A stretch of DNA of 44,332 nucleotides. Source: a virus (lineage: Duplodnaviria > Caudoviricetes). Below, one piece after another: positions 33,952 through 42,849 of the stretch; the first letter of the stretch is position 1, and each line of letters starts with the position of its first letter. A program made the translations under genes and the position numbers. Under the pieces are notes generated by a model. The model was not told the DNA's origin. It ran no database searches and saw only the letters and a program-made list of their open reading frames with translations. The stretch covers positions 1 through 44,332 of the IMG/VR virus record IMGVR_UViG_3300027640_000006; one strand, written 5' to 3'.

Positions 33952-36179
33952 CGGCGGTCTGGATCCCGACCGACGTGCTGTCGGAGGCGCTCTCGATCAG
34001 CGATCGGCACGCTCGCCGGCTCGCTCGCGAAGCGAAGCACCGCAAGCGCCGCGGTCGCAATGCGCTCGAGGTCGAGCTCTCCTCCCTCGACGCGATCCGC
34101 CCAGGCGCATCCGCAAAGGTCCTCTCCATTCATCCCGAGCTCGCGCCGCGTGAAGCGGTCGATCGGCAGGCGGGACGTGCTGCGATAGTCACCCCAGACT
34201 CGCGCTCCTACGCCACCGCTCCCGACTCTGTGCGGGAGCGGGCCGATCGCCGGCTCCAGGCGGTGCTGTCCTGGCGCGAGGCGACCCGACTCCGACTGCC
34301 GGCCGGCCCGACCCTCGCCGAGCGCCAGGACGCCTGGCTCGCCTCATTCCGGGCGGAGCACGCGGAGATCTCCGTTTCGATTCCGAGCGTCCGCCGATGG
34401 GATCGCGCCTTCCGCGACCGCGGCATGGACGGCCTCGTTGACGGCAACGACGGCTCCGGCAGGAGAGGGTTGTCGACGATCCCGCGCGACGCCCGCCAGG
34501 TCTTCCTCGGTTACTGGCTCGACGAGAACTGCCGTTCGGTCGCATTCGCGATCCGCGAGACACGCCTCTTTTGCGAGGGAGAAGGGATCGAGCTTCCGGA
34601 GGCCGATGCTCCGTTCTATCGCCTGGCGGCAGGCATCCCGCGCTTCGAGCGCGCGGCCTTCCGCGAGAGCGCGGACGACGCCGCGAAGATCTACCCCTAC
34701 ATCTCTCGCGATTACCTCTCAGTCCCCGCGCTCGACACGATCGAGTCGGATCACCATCAGATCGACGTCGGCGTCCGATGCGACGACGAGGAATGCCGTC
34801 AGGTCCATTTCCCCTGGCTGACCGCGTGGATGGACGTGCGGTCCCGCAAGATTCTCTCCTGGGAGCTGTCGATCGATGCGCCGAACTCTCACCGGATCCT
34901 GACGGCGTTCCGCTCTCTCGTCGAGAACTACGGGCTCCCCAACGCCGCCTATGTAGACAACGGGAAGGACTACCGCTCCTCGCTCGGCAAGCGCTTCTGG
35001 CGCGACCGGGAGGGGAAGCCCGTCACCTCCGATGAGTCCAACGAGTTCTTCGAGAACCGGTTCTTCGCGCTCGGCGTCCGGGTGCAGTTCGCACGTCCCT
35101 ACAACGCGAAGGCGAAGGCGATCGAGCGGCTCTTCCGAACTCTGATCGAGCAGTGCTGGAAGGGATTCGAGAGCTATCGCGGAGCGCTCGGTAAGCGGAC
35201 CAAACGCGCGCAGCGACTGCACTCGAATCCGGAGCTGCTGCCGACCCTCCCCGACGTTCGCGACGCTGTCCGCGCCCAGGTGCTCGAGTACAACGACGCG
35301 CCGCACCGAGGGCAGGGGATGAGCGGCCGCTCGCCGAACGAAGTATTCGACGAGACGCGGATCGCGCGGCGCGACCCGGAGAGGCTCGGCTGGGCGAAGC
35401 TGTTCTGGGCTCAGGCCGAGCGGAAGGTGCGCAACGGGCGGGTAAGCGTCCGCGGGCTCGAGTACCAGATCACGACCGCCGAGCACTATGCGCGGCTCAA
35501 TGGCGAGCGCGTCCGGGTGCTCATCGATCCGGCCCGCAGCAACCTCGCCGTCATCCTCGATGCGCGCGGCGCCTACGTTTGCGACGCGCCGATGGTGGGA
35601 CTCTCGCCGCAGGACGCCGACAACTCGATCACTTCGGAGCACATCGCGGCCCAGCGGGAGATCGAGAAGGGCCTCCGGCAGCGGATGAAGCTGGGCGACC
35701 CGCGAGCCTCCCTCCTCTTTCAGCGCGCGAAGGCACTCCGCCCGCAGCTCGTCGCCCGGCGTGCGGCGGAGAAGGAAGAGCGAGAGGCGGTCCGGATCGC
35801 GGCATCCGCCGGCGGTTCGACGACGGTACTGATCCCGCGCTTCTCAGAGGTCGGACGCGATCGGCAGCGACGCCTGGACGAGGAGACCTTGTCGGCGGCC
35901 TCGGCGCTCTCGCCCGAGCAGCTTCGGACCGCGAGCTCGGCACCCGACTTTACCGATGCCTTCCTCGCCGCGGCCGCGGACGAACAGGACCGCGCCGGAA
36001 CGCTCCGCCCACTGCCGTCCGCCGATACAGGCGACGGCGACACCTACCGCAGCGAAATGGCCCGTCTCCGCGAGGAGCGGCTGCTGAAACAGAAACGGGA
36101 AAGGGGGATCTGCCTGGAGAACGAATGCAACTCGCCGATGGAGATCGGCACTTTCTGCACCACGCACTGGCGGCTCTGA
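33948..36179 (+). CDS. muA: Mu-like DDE transposase
   Basis: 743 aa; ESDHH, WMDVRSRKIL, YVDNGKDY, ARPYNAKAKAIER, YNDAPH. Confidence 0.96.
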   Translation: MTAVWIPTDVLSEALSISDRHARRLAREAKHRKRRGRNALEVELSSLDAIRPGASAKVLSIHPELAPREAVDRQAGRAAIVTPDSRSYATAPDSVRERADRRLQAVLSWREATRLRLPAGPTLAERQDAWLASFRAEHAEISVSIPSVRRWDRAFRDRGMDGLVDGNDGSGRRGLSTIPRDARQVFLGYWLDENCRSVAFAIRETRLFCEGEGIELPEADAPFYRLAAGIPRFERAAFRESADDAAKIYPYISRDYLSVPALDTIESDHHQIDVGVRCDDEECRQVHFPWLTAWMDVRSRKILSWELSIDAPNSHRILTAFRSLVENYGLPNAAYVDNGKDYRSSLGKRFWRDREGKPVTSDESNEFFENRFFALGVRVQFARPYNAKAKAIERLFRTLIEQCWKGFESYRGALGKRTKRAQRLHSNPELLPTLPDVRDAVRAQVLEYNDAPHRGQGMSGRSPNEVFDETRIARRDPERLGWAKLFWAQAERKVRNGRVSVRGLEYQITTAEHYARLNGERVRVLIDPARSNLAVILDARGAYVCDAPMVGLSPQDADNSITSEHIAAQREIEKGLRQRMKLGDPRASLLFQRAKALRPQLVARRAAEKEEREAVRIAASAGGSTTVLIPRFSEVGRDRQRRLDEETLSAASALSPEQLRTASSAPDFTDAFLAAAADEQDRAGTLRPLPSADTGDGDTYRSEMARLREERLLKQKRERGICLENECNSPMEIGTFCTTHWRL

Positions 36180-36186
36180 ACTGCCA

Positions 36187-37239
36187 ATGAAAGGAGAACA
36201 CGAAATGTCAGTCGTCGATATGGACCAGGCAAAGAAAAAGGGATCGAAGGGAGGCACCCCTGTCGATCCCGAGACAAACGAGCGCGTTGCGAAAGCTCGC
36301 GCTGCACTCGAGCACTATCGTACCAAAAATCCGGAGGCGACCTGGAAGCAGATCGCCCGGGAGCTCGGCGGAGACTACAGCTACACGAGCATCAACCTCT
36401 TCGCCACTGGAAACTATCCCGCGAGCCCGCTGAAGATCGTCGAAGCGATCGAACGGTGGGCAGATCTGAAGAACGAGCGCGCCGCGCTCGTATTCGCTCC
36501 GGGCTTCGTCGAGACCTCGGTCGCGAAGAAGATCACGCGGGCGGTTCGGCAGATCCGGACGCGCGGCCGGATGGGGATCGTCGCTGCGGAGTCGGGGATC
36601 GGGAAGTCGACCGCGCTCCGGCACTTCTGCTCTCAGGATCCGAGGACGATCTACCTGATGGCGGATCCGACCCTCGCGCGGAAGGCCGTCTGGCTTTTCC
36701 TCGCTCGCCTGCGCTCCGCGATGGGGTTCACCTCGGGCGGGAAGACGCCGAGCGCGCAGGATGCCTATGCCGCGGTCGTCGAGGCGCTGAAGGCCGCTCC
36801 GAAGATGCTCGTGTTCGATGAGGCTCAGTTCCTGCCTCGGGAAACGCTCGACCTCATCCGCTGCCTCCACGAAGCGGCCGACGTGCCGGTCGTGTTCTCG
36901 GGCAACGAGACGTTGTACGAGTTCGGTCTTCTCGGCGGGATGTCGCCGGCGGCGTTCACGCAGTTCCGCTCGCGCTGCACGGTCGTTGAGCAAATCTCGC
37001 GGCGGGACATCCGGAAGGCGGACGCGGTTCTCGTCGCGGCCGAGGGCGGCGTCGATCCCGACCTCGCGGAGGATTTCGCCGAGCCGCTCTACCTGCAGAC
37101 CCAGCAGGAAGGCGGCTTCCGCTCGCTCGTCTCGCTCCTTCAGCGTGCCCATGAGATCGGGCGCGGTCAGATCACCGAGGAAACGCTCGCGAAGGCGCTC
37201 GCCGAAACGGACCGGCAGCGGCGGGGAGGTGCGCGGTGA
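36187..37239 (+). CDS. muB: Transposition AAA+ ATPase
   Basis: FVETSVAK, AESGIGKS (Walker A), LVFDEAQ (Walker B), QFRSR. Confidence 0.94.
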   Translation: MKGEHEMSVVDMDQAKKKGSKGGTPVDPETNERVAKARAALEHYRTKNPEATWKQIARELGGDYSYTSINLFATGNYPASPLKIVEAIERWADLKNERAALVFAPGFVETSVAKKITRAVRQIRTRGRMGIVAAESGIGKSTALRHFCSQDPRTIYLMADPTLARKAVWLFLARLRSAMGFTSGGKTPSAQDAYAAVVEALKAAPKMLVFDEAQFLPRETLDLIRCLHEAADVPVVFSGNETLYEFGLLGGMSPAAFTQFRSRCTVVEQISRRDIRKADAVLVAAEGGVDPDLAEDFAEPLYLQTQQEGGFRSLVSLLQRAHEIGRGQITEETLAKALAETDRQRRGGAR

Positions 37240-37595
37240 CGGTCCATAACGACGTTCGCACCGATCTCGACCTTCGCTCGATCGAGCGCTCAATGAGCGA
37301 TCTCGCCGGCGCCGCCGACCAGATCGCGGAGCACCTCGAGGCGATCGCTGGCGTCGGCTCGGAGCTCGAGCAGCTCCGGTACCGACTCGACTCAATCATC
37401 TCCGGCGAGAGCGCGATCAACGTCCGCTCGCACGTGCCGACGTGCATCGGCGCGCCGCTTGGCCTCAACCTGACGCCGTCGCAGTGCGACGAGATCGGCG
37501 TCTTCCTCGCGGCAGCGATCCGGAGCGGCGCGCTGAAGCTGACCGTTCCTCTCGCCGCTGAGGCTCGCCCGGAAGCCCAGGAGGTGACGGCGTGA
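37236..37595 (+). CDS. Hypothetical protein
   Basis: 119 aa; GGAGG RBS; GTGA overlap. Confidence 0.72.
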   Translation: MTVHNDVRTDLDLRSIERSMSDLAGAADQIAEHLEAIAGVGSELEQLRYRLDSIISGESAINVRSHVPTCIGAPLGLNLTPSQCDEIGVFLAAAIRSGALKLTVPLAAEARPEAQEVTA

Positions 37596-37930
37596 ACGAA
37601 GACGTCACCTTCACTCTCGTCGTGCCGAAGCTCCCCGCGCTCACGCGCGAGGAGCTGGAGCGCGGCAAGCGGCTCCTCGATGTCGCGACCGAAGGTCCCT
37701 GGCTCCGCTGGAGGGCCGGCGAGATCTACAACGGCTCGGCCGCTGAGCGCGTTCCGTTCGTCACTCCCTTCAGCCACTCGGTCGCGACCTTCGACGCGTA
37801 TAGCGCCGAAGGCGCGCCGAACCGGGACCGGCAGAACGCCGATCTCGTCTGCTGGCTTCGCAATCATGCGGATGCACTCCTCATCTGCGCGGCGACGGTG
37901 ATCGTCGGCGGGAAAGGAGGCCGCTCGTGA
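37592..37930 (+). CDS. Hypothetical protein (Ead/Ea22-like motif)
   Basis: ATEGPW...NADLVCWLRNHADALL. Confidence 0.72.
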   Translation: MNEDVTFTLVVPKLPALTREELERGKRLLDVATEGPWLRWRAGEIYNGSAAERVPFVTPFSHSVATFDAYSAEGAPNRDRQNADLVCWLRNHADALLICAATVIVGGKGGRS

Positions 37931-38208
37931 GCCGCCGCCGGAAGTTCCCGCACTGCTTTTACTGCAATCAGCCGACGAACGGCGGCATCAGCCGGATCGA
38001 CAGCAGCTCGCCTGTCTGCACGAGCTGCGCTTACCTCGAGGCGGTTGATCCTCAGACGGCCGTAGATCGGTGGTTCGCCCTCGGAGGCGACCGTGTCGCC
38101 GCGCTCGAGTTCATCGAGACGGTGAATTTCCACCGCCGTCCACGGACCTCGGGCGGACCTCGAGCTCTCCGGCGGCCGCACGTCGCATCTGCGGGAGGTG
38201 TTCGATGA
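37927..38208 (+). CDS. Zinc-finger-like hypothetical protein
   Basis: CFYC...CTSC; GGAGG RBS. Confidence 0.68.
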   Translation: MSRRRKFPHCFYCNQPTNGGISRIDSSSPVCTSCAYLEAVDPQTAVDRWFALGGDRVAALEFIETVNFHRRPRTSGGPRALRRPHVASAGGVR

Positions 38209-39389
38209 AGCTTCTCGACACCATCCGCAACCTCTGGCGCCGGGAGGAGGTCCCGGCGCCGCCGACGCCGGCCGCCGACGGCGTGGATTACCTCTTGGAT
38301 CAACTGCGGGTCGCGCGCGGCATCGCGGCAAAGCTTCGCCGCGACCTCGCCGATCTGACCCAGCAGAAACAGGAGCTCTCCTCGCAGCTTGACGAAGCGC
38401 TCCGCGCCGGCGTCGATCTCCAAACGGCCTACGAGCGGCGATGCGAGGAGATCCGCCTGAAGGACGACGCGCTCGAGCTCTACGAGCGCTCTAACGAGGG
38501 CCTCGAGGCGAAGTGTAAGGAGCTGAGCGAGGAGCTTCGCGAGTATGGTTTGGTGCTCAAGGCGAGGCTTGACCACATCGAGGAGATCTCGGCCGAGCTC
38601 GCGCGAGAGCGCCAGGACGGACGCGACTTACAGATCAAGGCCTCCCAGGCGACGGTCCGCATCCGCGACCTCGAGGAGGATCTCGAGGGCGCGAAGAAGG
38701 TGAGCGTCGAGCTGGCCGAGAAGGTCTGCGAGCTCGAGGCGGTGCTCGACCAGGCGCAGATCGAGATCGAGCAGCTGCGCAGCGAGAACCTGAAGCTGAA
38801 GGGCGGCGAGCAACTCGCGCTCGCGGGGACGACCGGCCTGCGCGAAACGGAAGACGAGCCGGAAGCCGACCGGGAGCTCATCAGCGAATCCACGCACGAG
38901 ATCGGGCTGCAGGTCCTCCGACTCTCCTTCCGCGACGGAAACAAGTGGCACTTCACCTGCGGCGACGAGGAGCTCTCGGCGACGATCATCGATGAGACGT
39001 TCGTCGCGCGGCTCCACAACCGGGAGATTGCTTTCGCCGATGGCGACATCGTCATCGCCGACGTCCACGTCGCGACCTACCGCGACCCGAAGAAGGGCAT
39101 CCACACCGAGCGCGAGATCGTGAAGGTGAAGGACGTCCAGCCTCCGCCTCGGCAGCTGGCCCTGGCGTCCTTCGCGCTGCCGCTCCTGGCCACGGTACCG
39201 CCGTTCGATCCGGCCGAACACAACTGGCTCCTCTGGCTGGCGATCGGATTCGCGATCGTCTCGGTGCTCGCCTCCGTGGTGTCGGTCATCGGCTGGTTTC
39301 CTCACTACTTCGACCGGAAGGCTCGCGACCGGCGCGAACGACTCCGCCGCGAGGACTTCCGGCAGACGACCGAGGAGGTGCTTCCATGA
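38205..39389 (+). CDS. Coiled-coil protein with beta domain and C-terminal TM
   Basis: 394 aa from ATGA overlap with GGAGG RBS. Confidence 0.78.
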   Translation: MKLLDTIRNLWRREEVPAPPTPAADGVDYLLDQLRVARGIAAKLRRDLADLTQQKQELSSQLDEALRAGVDLQTAYERRCEEIRLKDDALELYERSNEGLEAKCKELSEELREYGLVLKARLDHIEEISAELARERQDGRDLQIKASQATVRIRDLEEDLEGAKKVSVELAEKVCELEAVLDQAQIEIEQLRSENLKLKGGEQLALAGTTGLRETEDEPEADRELISESTHEIGLQVLRLSFRDGNKWHFTCGDEELSATIIDETFVARLHNREIAFADGDIVIADVHVATYRDPKKGIHTEREIVKVKDVQPPPRQLALASFALPLLATVPPFDPAEHNWLLWLAIGFAIVSVLASVVSVIGWFPHYFDRKARDRRERLRREDFRQTTEEVLP

Positions 39390-39826
39390 GGCGCACGCTC
39401 TCCTGCGAAACCCTCGGTCGCCGGCTGGTGGAAGCACGGACGCGCTCACGACTCTCCCAGGCGGAGGCGGCCGCGATTTCCGGTGTCGGCGAGAAGACCA
39501 TCAGCTCGTTCGAGACCGGCGAGCGGATCCACGCCATGAAGTTCTCCCAGCTCGAGGCGCTGCTCGCCGCCTACGGGATCACGCTCGCGCAGTTCTTCGC
39601 CGACGATCCCGAACCGCAGCCGCGCGGAGTCGAAGAGTTCGGTGGCCGGGAGCTTCCGGCGATCGTGAAGATTCTTCAGGCGTTGGAGCTCATCCCCGCG
39701 GTTCGAGCCGCGCGAATCCTTCATTTCTGCCTGGCGCGCGTCGCCGGCGCGCGTCCGAAGCCAGGCATTCCACCGATCCCGCGGACCGAGAGCCGGCTCC
39801 GCATCCGAGACATCTGGATCCACTGA
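39386..39826 (+). CDS. XRE-family HTH protein
   Basis: LGRRLVEARTRSRLSQAEAAAISGVGEKTISSFETG. Confidence 0.85.
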   Translation: MRRTLSCETLGRRLVEARTRSRLSQAEAAAISGVGEKTISSFETGERIHAMKFSQLEALLAAYGITLAQFFADDPEPQPRGVEEFGGRELPAIVKILQALELIPAVRAARILHFCLARVAGARPKPGIPPIPRTESRLRIRDIWIH

Positions 39827-39898
39827 TCTGAGTCTGCTCGCGCGCTCCTACCGGGAGCGCGTGGGCAGAGCTGAGGTCACTGACAAAGGAGGTCAGCA

Positions 39899-40498
39899 AT
39901 GGCGAAGAAAGCAACAGCACTGAAAGCGGTCGAAGAGGAGCTCCCGGACGTGGAGCCGGTTTCGACCTGGGACGAGGTCGACGAGCGGATGCTCGAGATC
40001 GGCCGGAAGGATCTGGAGATCGCGAAGATCCAGGACGAACTGGAGGCGGCGATTCTCGAGGCCGGCGCCCGGTTCGTCCCTCGGATCAAGGAGATGAAGG
40101 CCGAGCGCGAGGCGCAGGCCGGCGCGGTCATCGAGTTCGCGGTCGAGAACCGCGGCGACATCGAGGGGAAGACCTGGAAGGGCGCCTACGGGAAGCTCAC
40201 CTGGCCGAACGAGTCGTCCTGGATCGAGCTCACCCTCACCGAGGAAGCGGTGATCAAGAAGCTGAAAGGGCAGGGACTCGAGCACTGCATCCGGACGGTC
40301 GAGTCGATCGACAAGGAAGCGCTCCGCGCGCTCGAGCCGGCGGTGCAGAAAAAGGTCGGCGCGAAGGTCGCGACCAAGAACTCGGCCGGCGAAGAAGAGG
40401 ATCCGCCGAAGCTGTCGATCGACAAGAAGAAGGTCGTCAAGCACGACTCTCCAGCTCCCACCACCGGGAGGGCGGCGAAGTCGAAGAAGGGGAGGTGA
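39899..40498 (+). CDS. gam: Mu Gam-like host-nuclease inhibitor
   Basis: WDEVDERMLEIG coiled coil...GKTWKGAYGKLTW...CIRTVESIDKEAL; AAGGAGG RBS. Confidence 0.88.
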   Translation: MAKKATALKAVEEELPDVEPVSTWDEVDERMLEIGRKDLEIAKIQDELEAAILEAGARFVPRIKEMKAEREAQAGAVIEFAVENRGDIEGKTWKGAYGKLTWPNESSWIELTLTEEAVIKKLKGQGLEHCIRTVESIDKEALRALEPAVQKKVGAKVATKNSAGEEEDPPKLSIDKKKVVKHDSPAPTTGRAAKSKKGR

Positions 40499-40604
40499 CG
40501 GCCCCCTTCTCCTTCGCGAAACGCCGCGGGTAAGGGAAGGCCCGCGGCGTCGCCGGTTGGTGGCGCGCCGAGCCTGATGAGCAGCCAGAAGGGACCGACA
40601 AGCG

Positions 40605-40889
40605 ATGAACACGGACACCGGAGAAATCCGAAACCTGACGAAGGAGGACGTCGAAGTACTCGAGCGCGAGCGCGCCGAGGAACCGATCGCCGGGCATCCG
40701 AACTGCCGGCGCCGCTCGACCTGGGCGCCTCTCTCGCGTATCAAGCCGATCGACCCGCGGAACCTCTCCGAGAAGAACCGGAAGCAGCTCGAGGCAACGG
40801 GCCGGACGGTGATCTCGCGCAACTCGTCGTGCCCCTGCGGCAGCCGGAAGCGCTTCAAGCGCTGCTGCATGACCACACCGGAGAACTGA
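40605..40889 (+). CDS. SEC-C motif protein
   Basis: ISRNSSCPCGSRKRFKRCC. Confidence 0.8.
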   Translation: MNTDTGEIRNLTKEDVEVLERERAEEPIAGHPNCRRRSTWAPLSRIKPIDPRNLSEKNRKQLEATGRTVISRNSSCPCGSRKRFKRCCMTTPEN

Positions 40890-40894
40890 TTGCC

Positions 40895-41158
40895 ATGAAT
40901 CCATTCGAGGCTCGAGAGCTGGTGATCCGTCGCATCGTCGCCGAAGTGACGAAGCGCTCACTCCGCGGCATCCGGCCGGAGACGCGGTTCCGCCGCGACC
41001 TCGAGCTGACCGGTCCGCAGGAGGATGAGATCTCCTGGCGGATCGAGCAGGTCGTCGGCGTTTCGATTCCGCGCCTGGACTGGAGCGACTTCTCCTGCGT
41101 GCGAGATCTCATCCAGTGGGTCGAGGTCGAAGTGCAGAAGGGAGCGCCAGCAGAATGA
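40895..41158 (+). CDS. Acyl-carrier-protein-like protein lacking the attachment serine
   Basis: IRRIVAE...IRPETRFRRDLELTG...IEQVVGVSIP...FSCVRDLIQWVE. Confidence 0.7.
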   Translation: MNPFEARELVIRRIVAEVTKRSLRGIRPETRFRRDLELTGPQEDEISWRIEQVVGVSIPRLDWSDFSCVRDLIQWVEVEVQKGAPAE

Positions 41159-41418
41159 CGCCCCTCGACCGGCTCACGCCTTCGCACGTGGCCCTTCTCG
41201 GCGCGATCGTCGAGAACCCGGGAATCTCCGCCCAGCATCTCGCTCTGAGGCTCCCTCCGGCGAGCATCTCCGCGTGGGCGACGACGTTCCAGGACCTTCT
41301 CATCCTCGGGCTCGTCCGCGAGCATCGGCGCCGCCGGCGCGCGTTCGTGCCGACCCAGGCCGGCGTCAATCTCTGCCAGGGACTCGTCGTCCAGACCGAG
41401 TGGAGGATCGCGGGATGA
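41155..41418 (+). CDS. Winged-helix-like hypothetical protein
   Basis: LTPSHVALLGAIVENPGIS...LGLV...PTQAG. Confidence 0.65.
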   Translation: MTPLDRLTPSHVALLGAIVENPGISAQHLALRLPPASISAWATTFQDLLILGLVREHRRRRRAFVPTQAGVNLCQGLVVQTEWRIAG

Positions 41419-41804
41419 GCGAGCAGCTCCGGATCGATTTCGCCTCGGCTGAGGAGCGGCAGAAGGTCGCGGCGGTCCTCGCCGTGATCCGGCCGCGCCG
41501 CGGCCGCGAGGCAGCGGTCACTGGGCGGGAGATCTCCGAGCGGACCGGCGTCAACGAGCGGGCCGTCCAGGCGATCGTCAAGTTCCTCGTAGAGGAGCGG
41601 CAGATCCCTATCGGTACCGCGACGAGCCGACCGTTCGGCTACTTCATCCTCACCACCGATCGCGAGCGGCGCGCCTGCCGCGATTCGCTCATCCGTCGAG
41701 CGCTCTCCACCCTCAACCATGCGAAGGCATTCGACCAGGACGGGATCGTGGCGCCGCTGGTCGGCCAGGCGAAGCTCGCGCTCGAGCAACAGGAGGAGCG
41801 GTGA
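41415..41804 (+). CDS. Winged-helix DNA-binding protein
   Basis: AVTGREISERTGVNERAVQAIVKFL...IPIG...GYFI; GGAGG RBS. Confidence 0.78.
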   Translation: MSEQLRIDFASAEERQKVAAVLAVIRPRRGREAAVTGREISERTGVNERAVQAIVKFLVEERQIPIGTATSRPFGYFILTTDRERRACRDSLIRRALSTLNHAKAFDQDGIVAPLVGQAKLALEQQEER

Positions 41805-42007
41805 TTTACGTGACGCCGATCGAACGCATGAACGTCCGAGGGAGCTGGGTTACTGGCGCCTGGCTCCGGTCGGACTCCGCGGCCGAGCTCGAGGCTTTCG
41901 CCGATCGCTACCTCGGCAAGAGGACGTGGGGCAGCGACCAGATGCTCGTTACAGCGCCTCAGCGGATGGCCGCGATCGCCGCCGGGGCGAAGGAGAAGGA
42001 CCAGTGA
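41801..42007 (+). CDS. DUF4031-like small protein
   Basis: MIYV...SDSAAELEAFA...QRMAAIAAGA. Confidence 0.65.
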   Translation: MIYVTPIERMNVRGSWVTGAWLRSDSAAELEAFADRYLGKRTWGSDQMLVTAPQRMAAIAAGAKEKDQ

Positions 42008-42420
42008 TCTCCACGAAGCAGAAGCAGCTCCTGCACGTCGCAGCGCGCTCGCTCGGCCTGGACCGGGACCAGTACGAAGCCGTCCTCCTCGCCCAGGCCG
42101 GCGTGCGCTCTTCGAACGACCTGACGAACGCGGGATTCGACGCGGTCGTCAGGCGGTTCGAGGAACTCGGTTTCAAGAACACCGCGCGCCGCTCCCAGCG
42201 AACGCGCCGCTACAAGCCTGCCGGCCCCAAACAGCCCGTCACGCCCGACCAGCAGGGGCTCCTCGACGATCTTTACGCCCGCCTCGGCTGGGCCGACATG
42301 CCGCGCCGCATGGGCTTCTCAAAGCGCCAGTGCGGCAAGTCCTGGCCCCAGACCCGGACCGACGCCCAGAAGGTCATCGAAGGGCTCAAGTCGATGTTGG
42401 CCAGGCGGGAGGCGAAGTGA
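42004..42420 (+). CDS. gemA: GemA (Mu gp16/DUF1018) protein
   Basis: LLHVAARSLGLDRDQYEAVL...GVRSSNDLT...LGFK...AQKVIEGLKSM. Confidence 0.9.
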   Translation: MISTKQKQLLHVAARSLGLDRDQYEAVLLAQAGVRSSNDLTNAGFDAVVRRFEELGFKNTARRSQRTRRYKPAGPKQPVTPDQQGLLDDLYARLGWADMPRRMGFSKRQCGKSWPQTRTDAQKVIEGLKSMLARREAK

Positions 42421-42557
42421 GAGCCGGGCTTCTGTATCTGATCGCCGTCCGCGCCGGGATCATTCGCCGCTTCTTGGCGGAAGGCCGCTGGAGGGAAGCC
42501 AGCCAGCGCGCCGCACGGCAGTGGCGCGACGCTTTGACGCTCGAGATAGAAAACTGA
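42417..42557 (+). CDS. Small hypothetical protein
   Basis: 46 aa; GGAGG RBS and GTGA overlap. Confidence 0.45.
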   Translation: MRAGLLYLIAVRAGIIRRFLAEGRWREASQRAARQWRDALTLEIEN

Positions 42558-42568
42558 AAGGCGTAGAG

Positions 42569-42611
42569 GAAAAAAACGCGCGGCCTGTAAAGGCACGCGC
42601 GTTCTCTCTTT
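42569..42611. terminator. Bidirectional intrinsic terminator
   Basis: A-tract, AACGCGCG...CGCGCGTT stem, then CTCTTTT; between convergent genes. Confidence 0.75.
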
Positions 42612-42630
42612 CGTCAGAAGTTTGCTTAAC

Positions 42631-42825
42631 TCACTTCCGTTTTTTTGGTCGCTTCACTAGTGTCTTTGCTCGCGGGACCTCGATCTCACTTCCAGCTAAT
42701 GTGAAGGTTCTCGACGAGCTCGGCCGCTTGCTCGGCTGTAGCTGCCGCAAGCCTTCGTAGGACTGAAACGCCGCCTTGGTATCTTCGTCGATCCGGCTCT
42801 TCTTTGACACCTTTGTCTCCCTCAT
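42631..42825 (-). CDS. Small basic hypothetical protein
   Basis: 64 aa directly downstream of the protease. Confidence 0.4.
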   Translation of the reverse strand: MRETKVSKKSRIDEDTKAAFQSYEGLRQLQPSKRPSSSRTFTLAGSEIEVPRAKTLVKRPKKRK

Positions 42826-42849
42826 TTTTTCGCTGCCCCCTTCCCCGGG

